The notes beneath the pieces were generated by a model. It did not search any database. It was given only the letters and a program-made list of their open reading frames with translations, and was not told the origin of the DNA. Of a stretch of 64,000 nt of DNA, positions 20,223-35,494 are shown piece by piece. The stretch's first letter is position 1. Each line of letters begins with the position of its first letter. The translations under genes were made by a program, and so were the position numbers. Source of the DNA: Candidatus Dormiibacterota bacterium. Lineage in GTDB: Bacteria; Chloroflexota; Dormibacteria; Aeolococcales; Aeolococcaceae. The stretch covers positions 215,206 to 279,205 of the forward strand of contig CAVWEG010000005.1 in the NCBI GenBank assembly GCA_963754015.1, written 5' to 3'.

Positions 20223-20401
20223 CGTGGGTAGATACCCCTAGCAATGTCTTTTCGGATCTTTACGCGACCCCGGCGTGCGAGCGCGCCAATCAGGCCGAAC
20301 TGACTCTGACGGCTCTCCAGCACGGGTTTTTGCTACGATACGGGATTGTGCCCGTCGCCGCGCATGCCCGCGCGCATTCCTTCTCGGGGGAACTCTAGCA
20401 T

Positions 20402-23400
20402 ATGGTGCTTTCTCTTTCCACTACTGGCGCCCGCAAGTCGTACGGCCAGATTGCAGACAAGCTCGAGGTTGGAAATCTCATCCAAACCCAGCTTGACTCG
20501 TTCGAGTGGTTCAAGAAAGAGGGACTCAAGGAGCTCTTCAGTGAGCTCAATCCCATCACGGATTACACCGGCAAGAACTACGAGCTTCGCTTTCTCGACT
20601 ATGAGTTCGGCGATCCGAAGTACGACGAGGAGGATTGCCGCCAGCGCGATATGACGTACTCCGCGCCGTTGCGCGTGAACACCCGGCTGCACATCAAGAC
20701 CGGCGAGAACGCCGGCGAGATCAAGGAAGCCGAGGTCTTCATGGGCGACTTCGCGATGATGACCCGCGAGGGAACATTCATCGTCAACGGCACCGAGCGC
20801 GTTGTCACTTCGCAGCTCGTGCGCTCGCCTGGCGTGTACTTCACGAGCAGCGAGGACCGCACGACCGGCCGGCTGCTGTTCGCGGCCAAGCTCATCCCGA
20901 ACCGCGGCGCGTGGCTCGAGGTCGAGACGTCGAGCAAGGACATCCTCACCGTCAAGATCGACCGCAAGCGCAAGGTGCCGGTCACCACGCTCGTGCGAGC
21001 AATCGGCTACGCGAGCAACGACGACATCCGCGCCTTCTTCGCTGATGTCGACGAGGATCCGGAGCACCAGTACATCGCCGCGACTCTGGAGAAGGACAGC
21101 AGCACCAGCGTCGAAGAGGCGCTCGTCGAGCTGTACCGGAAGATCCGCCCAGGCGATCCGCCAACGGTCGACAACGCGCGGACGCTCCTCAACTCGCTCT
21201 TCTTCAACGCACGTCGCTTCGACCTCTCGAAGGTCGGACGGTTCAAGCTCGACAAGAACCTCGGCATCAGTGAGGAAGAGGCGCGCGAGCGCGCGTGGGA
21301 CAAGGACCGTCGCGTCCTCGACAACCAGGACTTCGTGTCGATCATCCGCAAGGTCATCCAGCTCAACAACGGGCACGGTGAAGCGGACGACATCGACCAC
21401 CTCGGCAACCGTCGCGTGCGCGCTGTGGGCGAGCTGCTGCAGAACCAGTTCCGCATGGGACTGATCCGCATGGAGCGAATCATCAAGGAGCGCATGACCA
21501 TCAGCAACTCGGGGACGATCACGTCCGCGAGCCTGATCAACGCGCGCCCCGTCGTCGCGGCGATCAAGGAGTTCTTCGGATCCAGCCAGCTGTCGCAGTT
21601 CATGGATCAGACCAACCCGCTCGCCGAGCTGACTCACAAGCGACGCCTGTCGGCGCTTGGTCCAGGCGGACTGTCCCGCGAACGCGCGGGGTTCGACGTG
21701 CGCGACGTGCATCAGAGCCACTACGGCCGCATCTGCCCGATCGAGACTCCGGAAGGTCCGAACATCGGGCTCATCGGATCGCTCGCAACCTTCGCGCGCG
21801 TCAACGAGTTCGGCTTCATCGAGACGCCGTTCCGCCGCGTGCACAAGGAAGCAAACGGCACGCCGTGGGTCAGCGACGAGATCGTGTTCCTCTCCGCGGA
21901 TGAAGAGGACAAGTACACGGTCGCGCAGGCCAACGCGCCCGTTGACGAGCAGGGACATTTCGCGGTCCAGCACGTCGCGTGCCGCACGCGTCACACGTTC
22001 AAGGATCTGCCCATCACCGACGTCGATTTCATGGACGTCTCGCCGAAGCAGATCGTCAGCGTTGCAACGTCGCTGATCCCGTTCCTCGAGCACGACGACG
22101 CCAACCGGGCGCTCATGGGCTCGAACATGCAGAAGCAAGCAGTGCCGTTGCTCGTCTCCGAATCGCCGATCGTCGGTACCGGGATGGAGATCCACGCAGC
22201 ACGCAACTCCGGCGAGATGGTGCTGGCACGCAAGGCTGGAACAGTTGTCGGCGTCGGATGGCCCGAGCCCGCGAGCAACGACCGTTCCGTCGAGAAGATC
22301 CTCAGCGGACAGGACAGCGGCATCGGCATCCTCGTGCGCCCCGACGACGGTGGCCCGGACCAGTGGTACGGCGTGCACAAGTTCGTGCGCAGCAACCAGG
22401 GAACGTGCCTGTCACAGCGCATCACCGTGTTCAGCGGCAGCCATGTTGCAGCCGGTGACGTGCTCGCCGACGGTCCGTCGACCGACGGTGGCGAATTGGC
22501 GCTCGGTCGCAACCTGCTCGTGGCGTTCATGCCCTGGGAGGGCTACAACTTCGAGGACGCGATCCTCATCAGCGAATCCACGGTCCGCGAGGACAAGTAC
22601 ACCTCGATCCACATCGAGGAGTTCGAGATTGAAGCGCGCGACACCAAGCTCGGTGCGGAGGAGATCACGCGCGATCTTCCCAACATCAACGAGGAGTCAC
22701 TGAAGAACCTCAACGAGCGCGGCATCATCTACGTCGGCGCGGAAGTGCATCCGGGCGACATCCTGGTCGGCAAGATCACCCCCAAGGGTGAGTCCGAGCT
22801 GTCCGCGGAAGAGCGCCTGCTGCGCGCGATCTTCGGTGAGAAGGCGCGTGAAGTGCGTGACTCGTCGCTGCGCGTCCCGCACGGCGAGCGCGGCATCGTC
22901 GTCGACGTCAAGGTGTTCAGCCGCGAGAGCAATCACGAGCTGCCGCCCGGCGTCAACGAGCTGGTGCGCATCTACGTTGCCCAGAAGCGAAAGATCGCGC
23001 AGGGCGACAAGATGGCCGGCCGCCACGGCAACAAGGGCGTCGTCGCAAGGATCATGCCGATCGAGGACATGCCCTACCTGCCCGACGGAACGCCCGTCGA
23101 GATCGTGCTCAACCCGCTCGGTGTGCCGAGCCGCATGAACCTCGGTCAGGTTCTGGAGACCCACCTCGGGTACGCGGCGCATGCACTCGGTCTCAAGGTC
23201 GCGTCGCCGGTCTTCGACGGCGCGTCAGAGGAGACGATCGAAAGCGAGCTCGACAGGGCAGGACTCCCCAGCAGCGGCAAGGAGAAGCTGCGTGACGGGC
23301 GCACCGGCGAGTTCTTCGATCGCGAGGTCACCGTCGGCTACATCTACATGCTCAAGCTGCATCACCTCGTCGAGGACAAGATCCACGCACGCAGCACGGG

Positions 23401-23788
23401 TCCCTACTCCCTCGTCACGCAGCAGCCACTCGGCGGCAAGGCGCAGTTCGGTGGACAGCGTTTCGGCGAGATGGAGGTCTGGGCGCTCGAGGCCTACGGC
23501 GCGAGTCACATCCTCCAGGAGATCCTCACCGTCAAGAGCGACGACATCGTCGGACGCGTCAAGGCGTACGAGGCGATCGTCAAGGGCGAGAACACGCTCG
23601 AGGCCGGCATCCCGGAGTCGTTCCGCGTGCTGGTCAAGGAGCTTGAAGGCCTTGCGCTCGGCGTCGAGATCCAGTCCGACGACGAGCACCAGATCCTCCT
23701 CGGTGAGGAGGACATCCCCGACATTCCACTCGATCTCGGTATCCACCTCGAGCGCGACGAGCGCGACGACGTGGACGACATTCGATAG
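20402..23788 (+). CDS. rpoB: DNA-directed RNA polymerase subunit beta
   Basis: 1128 aa; [38 protein letters not shown] and NMQKQAVPL motifs. Intact frame. Confidence 0.98.
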   Translation: MVLSLSTTGARKSYGQIADKLEVGNLIQTQLDSFEWFKKEGLKELFSELNPITDYTGKNYELRFLDYEFGDPKYDEEDCRQRDMTYSAPLRVNTRLHIKTGENAGEIKEAEVFMGDFAMMTREGTFIVNGTERVVTSQLVRSPGVYFTSSEDRTTGRLLFAAKLIPNRGAWLEVETSSKDILTVKIDRKRKVPVTTLVRAIGYASNDDIRAFFADVDEDPEHQYIAATLEKDSSTSVEEALVELYRKIRPGDPPTVDNARTLLNSLFFNARRFDLSKVGRFKLDKNLGISEEEARERAWDKDRRVLDNQDFVSIIRKVIQLNNGHGEADDIDHLGNRRVRAVGELLQNQFRMGLIRMERIIKERMTISNSGTITSASLINARPVVAAIKEFFGSSQLSQFMDQTNPLAELTHKRRLSALGPGGLSRERAGFDVRDVHQSHYGRICPIETPEGPNIGLIGSLATFARVNEFGFIETPFRRVHKEANGTPWVSDEIVFLSADEEDKYTVAQANAPVDEQGHFAVQHVACRTRHTFKDLPITDVDFMDVSPKQIVSVATSLIPFLEHDDANRALMGSNMQKQAVPLLVSESPIVGTGMEIHAARNSGEMVLARKAGTVVGVGWPEPASNDRSVEKILSGQDSGIGILVRPDDGGPDQWYGVHKFVRSNQGTCLSQRITVFSGSHVAAGDVLADGPSTDGGELALGRNLLVAFMPWEGYNFEDAILISESTVREDKYTSIHIEEFEIEARDTKLGAEEITRDLPNINEESLKNLNERGIIYVGAEVHPGDILVGKITPKGESELSAEERLLRAIFGEKAREVRDSSLRVPHGERGIVVDVKVFSRESNHELPPGVNELVRIYVAQKRKIAQGDKMAGRHGNKGVVARIMPIEDMPYLPDGTPVEIVLNPLGVPSRMNLGQVLETHLGYAAHALGLKVASPVFDGASEETIESELDRAGLPSSGKEKLRDGRTGEFFDREVTVGYIYMLKLHHLVEDKIHARSTGPYSLVTQQPLGGKAQFGGQRFGEMEVWALEAYGASHILQEILTVKSDDIVGRVKAYEAIVKGENTLEAGIPESFRVLVKELEGLALGVEIQSDDEHQILLGEEDIPDIPLDLGIHLERDERDDVDDIR

Positions 23789-23812
23789 CAGCAATCGGTA
23801 GTTAGGACACAC

Positions 23813-28177
<4,365 letters not shown>

Positions 28178-28207
28178 CCGAACCCGCGACGCGACGCAGA
28201 CAGCACT

Positions 28208-28247
28208 CACGATCCGGTGACGGCTTCCGGGCTGTTACCGGATCGTG
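28208..28247 (+). terminator. hairpin 30 nt after the rpoC stop (candidate terminator, no U-tract)
   Basis: CACGATCCGGT - 18-nt loop - ACCGGATCGTG, a perfect 11-bp stem. Confidence 0.4.
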
Positions 28248-28284
28248 AACTGATGCGTCGCAAGCGCGGGATAGGCTGTGCCCG

Positions 28285-28611
28285 ATGCTCCTTCTCCTCG
28301 CAGCTGCCGCGCACGCCTCAAAATCCTCCGGGTCGATTCCCGGTGACGTTTACCTGGCGGCAACCGGTGCACTCGTGTGCTGGGTTGTGGTCTATCTCGT
28401 CTATAAGGTCGTCATGACCGGCAAGAAGGATTTCGGCATGCCGGTGAAGCGCAAGGTCCTCTGCAAGCATCTGCGCGTCGACCACGATCAGAGTGCCGAG
28501 GTTCCCATCTGGTGGACCGATCTGCAGGTGCAACGCGCGGTACGCGCACACTGGCGGCACACGCTGAGGCTTCCCTTCGGGTCGGCGCCGGAGCCACGAC
28601 CGGGCTTGTAG
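28285..28611 (+). CDS. hypothetical small protein (possibly 65 aa from ATG 28414, which has an AAGG Shine-Dalgarno)
   Basis: Only a plausible ORF with GC-rich third positions. One hydrophobic segment (LAATGALVCWVVVYLVYKVV). No recognisable motif. Confidence 0.3.
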   Translation: MLLLLAAAAHASKSSGSIPGDVYLAATGALVCWVVVYLVYKVVMTGKKDFGMPVKRKVLCKHLRVDHDQSAEVPIWWTDLQVQRAVRAHWRHTLRLPFGSAPEPRPGL

Positions 28612-28726
28612 CGTTCTCGCACAGGCGTGTGACGGACACCTCCATTTCGGGAGCATCGGCGACCATACCTGAGGTCACGCGACCGATCGCATAGTCGGCA
28701 GCGGTGACGGCGGAGGAACCCATTAC

Positions 28727-29833
28727 GTGGCTCGGATACTCGTCGCCGACGACGACGCGCTCATTCGGCGCTTCATCGGTGAGACGCTGGAGTTCGCTGG
28801 ACACCAGGTGGCCTCGGTGGCCAACGGGTCCGCTGCCATCGCATCGGTCGACGCACCGGGCTGCTTCGATGCCGTGATTGCCGATTACGCGATGCCGCAC
28901 GCCAACGGCGTCGACGTCGTTGCCCATGCTCAGCGCGTCGATCCGATGATCCCGTGCATCGTGGTCACGGCCTTCCGCGACCTCGAGCTCGCGATGCAGG
29001 CGATGCAGGCCGGCGCCGTCGCGTTCATCCCGAAGCCATTCACGGCCCTGCACCTCTTGACGGTGCTCGACCGCGCGCTCGAGCGTCGCGAGCTTGCCGC
29101 CGAGGCTCTGCGGCTGCGTTTCCTGGCGCCGATGCTCGAGCGGTTCACGATGGTGCTCGCCAACGCGCTCGAATCCAAGGACTACGAGACCCAGGAGCAC
29201 TCGAGCCGCCTCGTCGGCATGTCCGACGCGATCGCACGGCACCTCAGGATCTCGGACGCAGACCGGAGCGTCATCCGTTTCGGCGCCTGCCTCCACGACA
29301 TCGGCAAGGTGTCCATCCCCGAGGCGCTGCTGCGCAAGCCCGGCGCCCTGACCGACGAGGAGCGCGCGATCATGCGCACCCATCCGGAGGTCGGCGCCGG
29401 CATCCTCGCCGACATCGACACCTGGGAGGACGTTCGCTTGATCGTCCGCCATCACCACGAGCACTTCAGTGGCGGCGGCTACCCCGATGGGCTGCGCTAC
29501 GCGGAGATCCCGCTCGGCGCCCGCATCGTGTCGGTCGTCGACGCCTTCGACGTCATGCGCACCGGCCGCCCGTATCAGGCCGCCCGATCCACCGAGTGGA
29601 GCCTCGATGAGCTGCGCCGGGAGAGCGGCCGCCAGTTCGACCCGGAGATCGTCCGGGCGCTCATGGCGGTGCTGCCCGCGGACGGGAGCGCGCTCGAGGC
29701 GCCACCGCTCGACCTTGATCTCCTGCCCGACCGCCGCGCGGTCGTCGGCCGCCGGCAGACGGACGTCGCGATCGCCTCGTGGGTCCGGGGAGCTCCCGCA
29801 TCGATGGTCCGGGTGCCGCGCGCCGGCAGCTGA
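28727..29833 (+). CDS. response regulator with HD-GYP output domain (RpfG-type c-di-GMP phosphodiesterase)
   Basis: REC domain (ILVADDD...DAVIADYAMP...KPF), then LHDIGK ... HHHEHFSGGGYPDGL. GTG start 10 nt after GGAGGA. Confidence 0.88.
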   Translation: MARILVADDDALIRRFIGETLEFAGHQVASVANGSAAIASVDAPGCFDAVIADYAMPHANGVDVVAHAQRVDPMIPCIVVTAFRDLELAMQAMQAGAVAFIPKPFTALHLLTVLDRALERRELAAEALRLRFLAPMLERFTMVLANALESKDYETQEHSSRLVGMSDAIARHLRISDADRSVIRFGACLHDIGKVSIPEALLRKPGALTDEERAIMRTHPEVGAGILADIDTWEDVRLIVRHHHEHFSGGGYPDGLRYAEIPLGARIVSVVDAFDVMRTGRPYQAARSTEWSLDELRRESGRQFDPEIVRALMAVLPADGSALEAPPLDLDLLPDRRAVVGRRQTDVAIASWVRGAPASMVRVPRAGS

Positions 29834-29837
29834 TCCG

Positions 29838-30536
29838 TCAGCCGATCAGCGGGCTGAGCGCGGTGAGCGCTCCGAGATCCCCGGTGATCAGCGCATCGGC
29901 GAGGTCGGCGAGCCCTTTGCCGTTCGGTTTGGTCAAGACGACATCCGCCCGCCGCTTGAGGACGTCCACCGCGTTGGCGACGGCAACCGACACGCCCGCC
30001 ACCGCGAAGAGGGCGACATCGTTCTCACCGTCACCGATCGCGACCGTCCTGCTCGGCAACTCGCCGACGACGCGCAACGCGACCTCGAGCCCGGTCCGCT
30101 TGCTGATCCCGGGCGGCATGACCATCGCCGAGTCGCGGTTGCGGACCACCGCGCGGTCGATCCCGAGCCTGGCGATCGCGGCGGACAGCTTCGCCGTCTG
30201 CGTGACGGACGTCGAGCAGAGCACGCGTCCGACAACGAGCGGCGTGACGCCGAGGCGCTGAAACTCCTCCACGAGGCTTCGGGGCAGCCGCGGCCCAAGG
30301 AGCGTCTCCACCCCGGCCGCGTCGATGACCACCGCTCCGTTCTCGACGACGATCGCCGCAAAGAGCGAGCTCCGGTCGAACACCGACTCGAGTTCCTCGC
30401 GAGTTCGCCCGGTGACGAGAATCAGGCGCATCCCGGCAGCAACCAGCCGTTCCAGTGAGGCGAGTGTCGCTGGGGAGCAGACCCCGTCAGTCGCGAGCGT
30501 TCCGTCGTAGTCGCAGGCGAGCACGCGATGACGCAT
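29838..30536 (-). CDS. HAD-IIB superfamily phosphatase (Cof / sugar-phosphate phosphatase-like)
   Basis: MRHRVLACDYDGTLA, LILVTGR, GDGENDVALF motifs. The start is uncertain (ATG 30536 preferred; ATG 30599 and TTG 30608 also open). Confidence 0.8.
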   Translation of the reverse strand: MRHRVLACDYDGTLATDGVCSPATLASLERLVAAGMRLILVTGRTREELESVFDRSSLFAAIVVENGAVVIDAAGVETLLGPRLPRSLVEEFQRLGVTPLVVGRVLCSTSVTQTAKLSAAIARLGIDRAVVRNRDSAMVMPPGISKRTGLEVALRVVGELPSRTVAIGDGENDVALFAVAGVSVAVANAVDVLKRRADVVLTKPNGKGLADLADALITGDLGALTALSPLIG

Positions 30537-30604
30537 CTCCCCTATTGTCCCGGGCACGTACCGAACGGGGTCCTCGGGCGCCGCGGTCGCGGACCTCATG
30601 GGAC

Positions 30605-31696
30605 TCAAAGGTCGAAGGTCGCCCGGACCTCGGTTCCCTTGCCGATCGCCGAACGGATCTCGAGCTTGCCCTTGTCCCCATCGGCGCGTTCGCGCATGGT
30701 CAGCAGGCCGAAATGACGCGTTCGGTCCACGCGTGCCTCGGTGGCATCGACATCCATTCCAACCCCGTCGTCTCGGATGACCGCGCTCACCTGGGTCGGC
30801 AGGAACGTGATGACCACCTCGACGTTGGTGGCTTTGGCGTGCTTTCGGGCGTTGTTGAGCGCCTCCTGAACGATCCGGAAGAGCGTCTGCTCGAGGCCGC
30901 CGCCCATGCGGATCTCCTCGCCCACCACACGGAGGTGGGCGTTCACCGCGTTGCGTTCGCCGAACTCACCGACGAACTTGCGCAGTGTCGGCACGAGCCC
31001 GAGGTCGTCGAGCGTCATGGGACGGAGATCGAAGATGAGCCGGCGGGTGTCATCGAGAACGCTGCGAACACCGTTCTTGAAGTCGGCAAGTTCGCTGACG
31101 ACCATCTTCGGATCGCGGGCGATGAGGCGCTCGATGATCTCCGCCTGGAGGACGAGGTTCGCCATCGACTGCGCCGGCCCGTCGTGCATGTCACGAGCGA
31201 TGCGCATGCGCTCTTCCTCGATGATCTGAAAGACCTGGCGGGAGGCGTCGCGCAGACGCGCGGTGCCGTTCGCCGGCCCGGCGCTCGAGGCGAGCAGGTC
31301 GTCGAGGCTCCGGTAGACGGCCCGGAGGACCTCCTGCTCTGCGCGGATGCTCGTGAGCCGGGTGCCGAGCTCGACCTGGCGTTCCTCGGTGGCTGCCAGG
31401 TCCGCGCGCACCTTGGCAAGCGTCCGGAAGGCGGTGTCGATCTCATCGACGTCGCCCGCCGGGAGCACGCTGAGGAGTGCGCCCCACCTCGCCTCGGCGG
31501 CGCTCTGCGCGCTCCGCAGCTCCTGCAGCCGTATGGCGACGCCGGCAAGCTCCTCGTCGAGCGCGGTCGCCGCGGCGTCGAGCTCCTCGATGCGCTTGGT
31601 GACCAGGAATCGAACGCCGGACAATGCCGACGGATTCATGGTGGGGGCTGTTTCCACGTCGCTCACCACATTCATCATGTCACCGCAGAGTCGCAC
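30605..31696 (-). CDS. soluble (no TM) HisKA_3 sensor histidine kinase, DegS-like, with N-terminal coiled coil
   Basis: H-box RIARDMHDGPAQSMANL, N-box QEALNNARKHA, and DDGVGMD ... G-x-G. The start is uncertain (GTG 31696; ATGs at 31678, 31675 and 31639). Confidence 0.85.
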   Translation of the reverse strand: MRLCGDMMNVVSDVETAPTMNPSALSGVRFLVTKRIEELDAAATALDEELAGVAIRLQELRSAQSAAEARWGALLSVLPAGDVDEIDTAFRTLAKVRADLAATEERQVELGTRLTSIRAEQEVLRAVYRSLDDLLASSAGPANGTARLRDASRQVFQIIEEERMRIARDMHDGPAQSMANLVLQAEIIERLIARDPKMVVSELADFKNGVRSVLDDTRRLIFDLRPMTLDDLGLVPTLRKFVGEFGERNAVNAHLRVVGEEIRMGGGLEQTLFRIVQEALNNARKHAKATNVEVVITFLPTQVSAVIRDDGVGMDVDATEARVDRTRHFGLLTMRERADGDKGKLEIRSAIGKGTEVRATFDL

Positions 31697-31810
31697 CCTG
31701 CCTGCAGTTCACAAATGGCTGTGACAGGCCTGTTGCACGGCGGGCTGGAAGTTGCGCCCAGCGTATAACCAGAACGAAGTTCCATTGCCTCTCAGGGAAG
31801 ACTCACACAC

Positions 31811-32248
31811 ATGACGCACGGCGACCCCCCTCGGATTCTCATCGCGGAGGATGACGACTCTCTGCGGCGACTCCTCGAGCTGCGGCTCGCGAGTGACGGG
31901 TTCGACGTCCGTTGTGCGGAAGACGGCATGGAAGCGCTGGAGATCGTGATCAAAGGTTGGTTGCCTGACGCCGTCGTGTGCGACGTCATGATGCCGCGCC
32001 TGAGCGGACTCTCCGTGTGTCGTGAGCTGCGCGCTCAGGCAAAGACGGCAGAGACCCCGATCATCCTCCTCACCGCGCGTTGCTTCGACGAAGACATACA
32101 AGCAGTTATGGGCCTTGGCGGGATCACATACATGGGCAAGCCCTTCGAATTTGCGCATCTGCTGAAGATGCTCTGGTCGTCGGTCGGGCTCGAACAACCG
32201 GGCAACGCGACAGCGGCCCGCGTGATCTCGGGAGCATCACAGAGCTAA
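31811..32248 (+). CDS. stand-alone receiver (CheY-like) response regulator
   Basis: RILIAEDDDSLRRLL...DAVVCDVMMPRLSG...TPIILLTA...GKPF. There is no output domain. Confidence 0.88.
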   Translation: MTHGDPPRILIAEDDDSLRRLLELRLASDGFDVRCAEDGMEALEIVIKGWLPDAVVCDVMMPRLSGLSVCRELRAQAKTAETPIILLTARCFDEDIQAVMGLGGITYMGKPFEFAHLLKMLWSSVGLEQPGNATAARVISGASQS

Positions 32249-32270
32249 CGCAGGCGGCGTGCAACAACGT

Positions 32271-33932
32271 ATGAGTAGCGTGGCCGAGGTGGGGGTCCAC
32301 GAACGGCGGAACACGTTCCGCGAGCGTTTGGATTCCTTCACCGCGCCGAGCGGACTGTTCCTGGCTGCAGTGTTGATCATCATGGCCCTGCCGGTGACGC
32401 GCACCATCCAGGACCCGGATTTCTGGTGGCATCTTCGCGCCGGCCAGTTGATCATTCAGCACGGCGGCCTGCTCGGCAACGATCCGTTCACATACACCGT
32501 CGCGAACCATCACTGGACGATGCACGAGTGGCTGAACGAGGTTTTCTTCGCCATCGAATATGCAGTCGGTGGGCTCGGCCTCATCGTGCTGACGCTGTCA
32601 GCGATCACGTGGTTCGGCCTCGTGTGCGTGATGCAGAAAGCACGCCTGCGCAAACCGAGCCGCGGTGTCCTCGGATTCGGCATGCTCATCGCCGTCATCG
32701 CCGGCTTCCCCATCTGGGGACCGCGCGTGCAGATGATCACGTTTGCGTTCGCGGCGCTGACGCTGCTGCTCGTCGAGCGCCACCTGATGCGCGGCGGAAA
32801 AGCCATATGGTGGCTCGTGCCGCTCTTCCTGTTGTGGAGCAATCTGCACGGCGAGTTCGTCATCGGCCTCGGCTTCATGGCCGTCATCCTCATCGCGGAG
32901 CTGATCGGCGGCGTCCTGCACATGCCCGACCCAGCGCCGCGTGAGCGGCTGCGACCAATCCTGTTTGTCCTGATCGCCTGCACGTTGGTGAGCATGGTCA
33001 ACCTGAACGGTCCGGGCATCCTCCTCTATGCCATCGGCACGCAGGCGTCGAACGCGCAACAGTCACTCATCGAGGAATGGTTCTCGCCGAGCTTCCACGA
33101 CTGGGAAGTGCTCATCTACGGCGCCATGCTGCTCGTCCTCGTGATGCTCGTCGTTGCCAATCGCCACATCCGTGCGCGCGACGCGGCCCTGGTGCTGGTG
33201 ACGACGATGCTGTCGCTCCAGTCGGCGCGACACATCGCGCTGTTCGTCGCTGCCGCAACGCCCGCATTCATCGACCAGCTGTCGATGGCGATGCCGCGCA
33301 TCCGCTCCGGCGTTCGCCGCATCCGGCGCACGTCGGCGAACGCGAAGCGCCGGGTACGCACGCAACCGCCGCTGCTGTTTCGCGCCACTGCATCCGCAAT
33401 CGTGCTCGCCGGTCTCGGTGCGATCTCGCTTGCGTGGCTCGTTCCCAAGATGCAGGTCCAGGCGTACTCGCTCATCTATGCGCGCGAGTTTCCCGTGTGC
33501 GCCACGCAGTGGCTGATGGGCGCGCCGGAACCGCTGAAGATCTTCAACCAGTACGGCGAAGGCGGCTATCTGGCGTACGAGCTCTCGTCGCGCGGCGACA
33601 AGGTGTACATCTTTGGTGATGCCGCGCTGATGGGTGACCCGTTGCTCCTGACATATGCAAAGGTCGAGACCGCCGAACCGCAGTGGGACTCGATCATTCG
33701 CGATGCCGGTACGGACGTCGTGCTTTACGACGTCAACACACCACTTGCGGATGTGATGGACCACAGCGCCGGTTGGACCAAGGTGTACCAGGACGCGCTC
33801 AGCGTTGCGTTTGTGCCGACCGACAAGCTGGCGTCGCTGCACCTGCCGCCGCAGCCGGCGTCGTATCCCGCGAACAGTGTGTGTGCCCAGCTCGCCAAGG
33901 AGCCCGCGAGTGCCGCGGCGGTGACCCCATGA
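32271..33932 (+). CDS. large polytopic membrane protein, GT-C-fold glycosyltransferase-like (paralog 1)
   Basis: At least 10 predicted TM segments. N-terminal loop motif DPDFWWHLRAGQLIIQHGGLLGNDPFTY. C-terminal soluble domain of about 130 aa. The start is ATG 32271 or GTG 32259. Confidence 0.7.
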   Translation: MSSVAEVGVHERRNTFRERLDSFTAPSGLFLAAVLIIMALPVTRTIQDPDFWWHLRAGQLIIQHGGLLGNDPFTYTVANHHWTMHEWLNEVFFAIEYAVGGLGLIVLTLSAITWFGLVCVMQKARLRKPSRGVLGFGMLIAVIAGFPIWGPRVQMITFAFAALTLLLVERHLMRGGKAIWWLVPLFLLWSNLHGEFVIGLGFMAVILIAELIGGVLHMPDPAPRERLRPILFVLIACTLVSMVNLNGPGILLYAIGTQASNAQQSLIEEWFSPSFHDWEVLIYGAMLLVLVMLVVANRHIRARDAALVLVTTMLSLQSARHIALFVAAATPAFIDQLSMAMPRIRSGVRRIRRTSANAKRRVRTQPPLLFRATASAIVLAGLGAISLAWLVPKMQVQAYSLIYAREFPVCATQWLMGAPEPLKIFNQYGEGGYLAYELSSRGDKVYIFGDAALMGDPLLLTYAKVETAEPQWDSIIRDAGTDVVLYDVNTPLADVMDHSAGWTKVYQDALSVAFVPTDKLASLHLPPQPASYPANSVCAQLAKEPASAAAVTP

Positions 33933-35476
33933 CCGCCGCCGAGCTCGTGGTCATCGCCGACGCTGATCGGGAGCGCCGGGCGACGCGCGCCGGCCGCCTG
34001 GCCTGGATCGGTGCCGCCGCGATCGTCGTCCTCGTCCTCGCCGTGCAGCCGTTCAGCAACACCGACGTCTGGTGGAACCTCGCGCTCGGCCGGCTGATCA
34101 CCGCAAGTGGTATCCCCGCGCACGAGCCGTTCAGCTTTCTCCCGGCCGCCCACGCCTGGATCGGGCAGCAGTGGCTCTACCAGGTCACGCTCGCCGGCCT
34201 CGTCGGTGCCGGCGGTGCCGGTCTCGCCTCGCTCGTCATGGGTCTCGTGACCACCGCTGCCGTCGTCCTTGCCGCGCTGTCCGTGCCGAGCACCGCGCGG
34301 GTCGCCGGTCCCTGGCTCGCGCTGGCGATGGTGATCACCGGCGTCGTGCTCACGAGCGTTGCCGGCGTCACGAGCGAGGAGATCACGGTGCTGGGCGTCG
34401 CGATCGTGCTCTTTGTCCTGAGCCGCTGGCGTGAGGGCCGTACCGCCGCGGTCTGGGGCCTCCCACCGCTCGTGCTGATCTGGGCCAACATGGACACGGG
34501 CTTCGCCGCTGGGTTGCTCATCCTGCTTGCGGCGCTGCTGCTTGTCCGCCCTGCCGGAAGCACCGGCCGGCGCCAGCTGGCAATCGCGCTGGCTGTCAGC
34601 GCCGTGGCCGCGGTGGCGAATCCGATCGGACCGAGCATCTATGCGTCAGTGATCGCGGGCGTGTTCAGCCCGGGCGCGGCAACGAACCTGATCGGCTGGG
34701 CCTCTCCGAACTTCCACGACTGGTCCATGCGCATCTTCGAGGCAGAGATCATCGTCATGGTCATTCTCTGGACGATCTCCGGTGGCCCCGATCGCTTCTC
34801 GGCGGTCGTCGGTTTCGGTCTCCTCATCGCGACGCTGTTCGCGCAGGAAAACCTGGGCATCCTGGCGATCGTCCTGACGCCGCAACTCGCCGTGCACGGC
34901 GCCCGGACCTGGAAGCTCCACGTCGAACCCCGGCTCGGCGACCGGAAGTGGTTCACGCGTCGCCACCTCCACCCCATCGCCACAAGCGGTGTGCTCGTTG
35001 CGATGGCGGCCGCCATGGTGGTGGTGCTCGTGCCGCAGCTCAGCCCGACTGCGGCGGCTTCATACCAGGCGACCACCTACCCGGAGGCCGCCGCCAACTA
35101 TGTCGCGTCGAACTTTCCGGGTCAGCGCATCTACACCGTCAACTCGTGGGGTGGGTATCTCGCATACCGGTTCCCCGACGGCCGTGTCGTCTTCCTCTAC
35201 GACGAGCCCGCCGTCTTCAGCACCAGCGCGCTCAACCAGTACCTGGCCGTCGATCAGCTCACCCCCAACTGGGCGCACGTGCTCACCAGCGAGGGCATCC
35301 GGCTCGCGATCCTTCCCTCGGATGCACGTGAGGCCTCCGCGATGCACGCGCTCGGCTGGACGGTCGACTGCTACAACTCGACGAGCTCCAGCATGGTCAT
35401 GTCCGCGCCGCCGGCCGGGACGCCACGGCCGACCGACGGGCTGGTCATCCCGCCACCCGGCGTCCCCGACTGCTGA
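33929..35476 (+). CDS. large polytopic membrane protein, GT-C-fold glycosyltransferase-like (paralog 2)
   Basis: ATG 33929 overlaps the stop of paralog 1 (ATGA). It has the same architecture, with motif NTDVWWNLALGRLITASGIPAHEPFSF. Confidence 0.7.
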   Translation: MTAAELVVIADADRERRATRAGRLAWIGAAAIVVLVLAVQPFSNTDVWWNLALGRLITASGIPAHEPFSFLPAAHAWIGQQWLYQVTLAGLVGAGGAGLASLVMGLVTTAAVVLAALSVPSTARVAGPWLALAMVITGVVLTSVAGVTSEEITVLGVAIVLFVLSRWREGRTAAVWGLPPLVLIWANMDTGFAAGLLILLAALLLVRPAGSTGRRQLAIALAVSAVAAVANPIGPSIYASVIAGVFSPGAATNLIGWASPNFHDWSMRIFEAEIIVMVILWTISGGPDRFSAVVGFGLLIATLFAQENLGILAIVLTPQLAVHGARTWKLHVEPRLGDRKWFTRRHLHPIATSGVLVAMAAAMVVVLVPQLSPTAAASYQATTYPEAAANYVASNFPGQRIYTVNSWGGYLAYRFPDGRVVFLYDEPAVFSTSALNQYLAVDQLTPNWAHVLTSEGIRLAILPSDAREASAMHALGWTVDCYNSTSSSMVMSAPPAGTPRPTDGLVIPPPGVPDC

Positions 35477-35494
35477 ACGCGACCCGAAGGGGCG

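Noticed and set aside
20402-23788. Rifampicin-resistance signature in rpoB
   Set aside because: The RRDR reads [25 protein letters not shown], with the usual Asp, His and Ser at the classical resistance positions, so it is a wild-type pattern.
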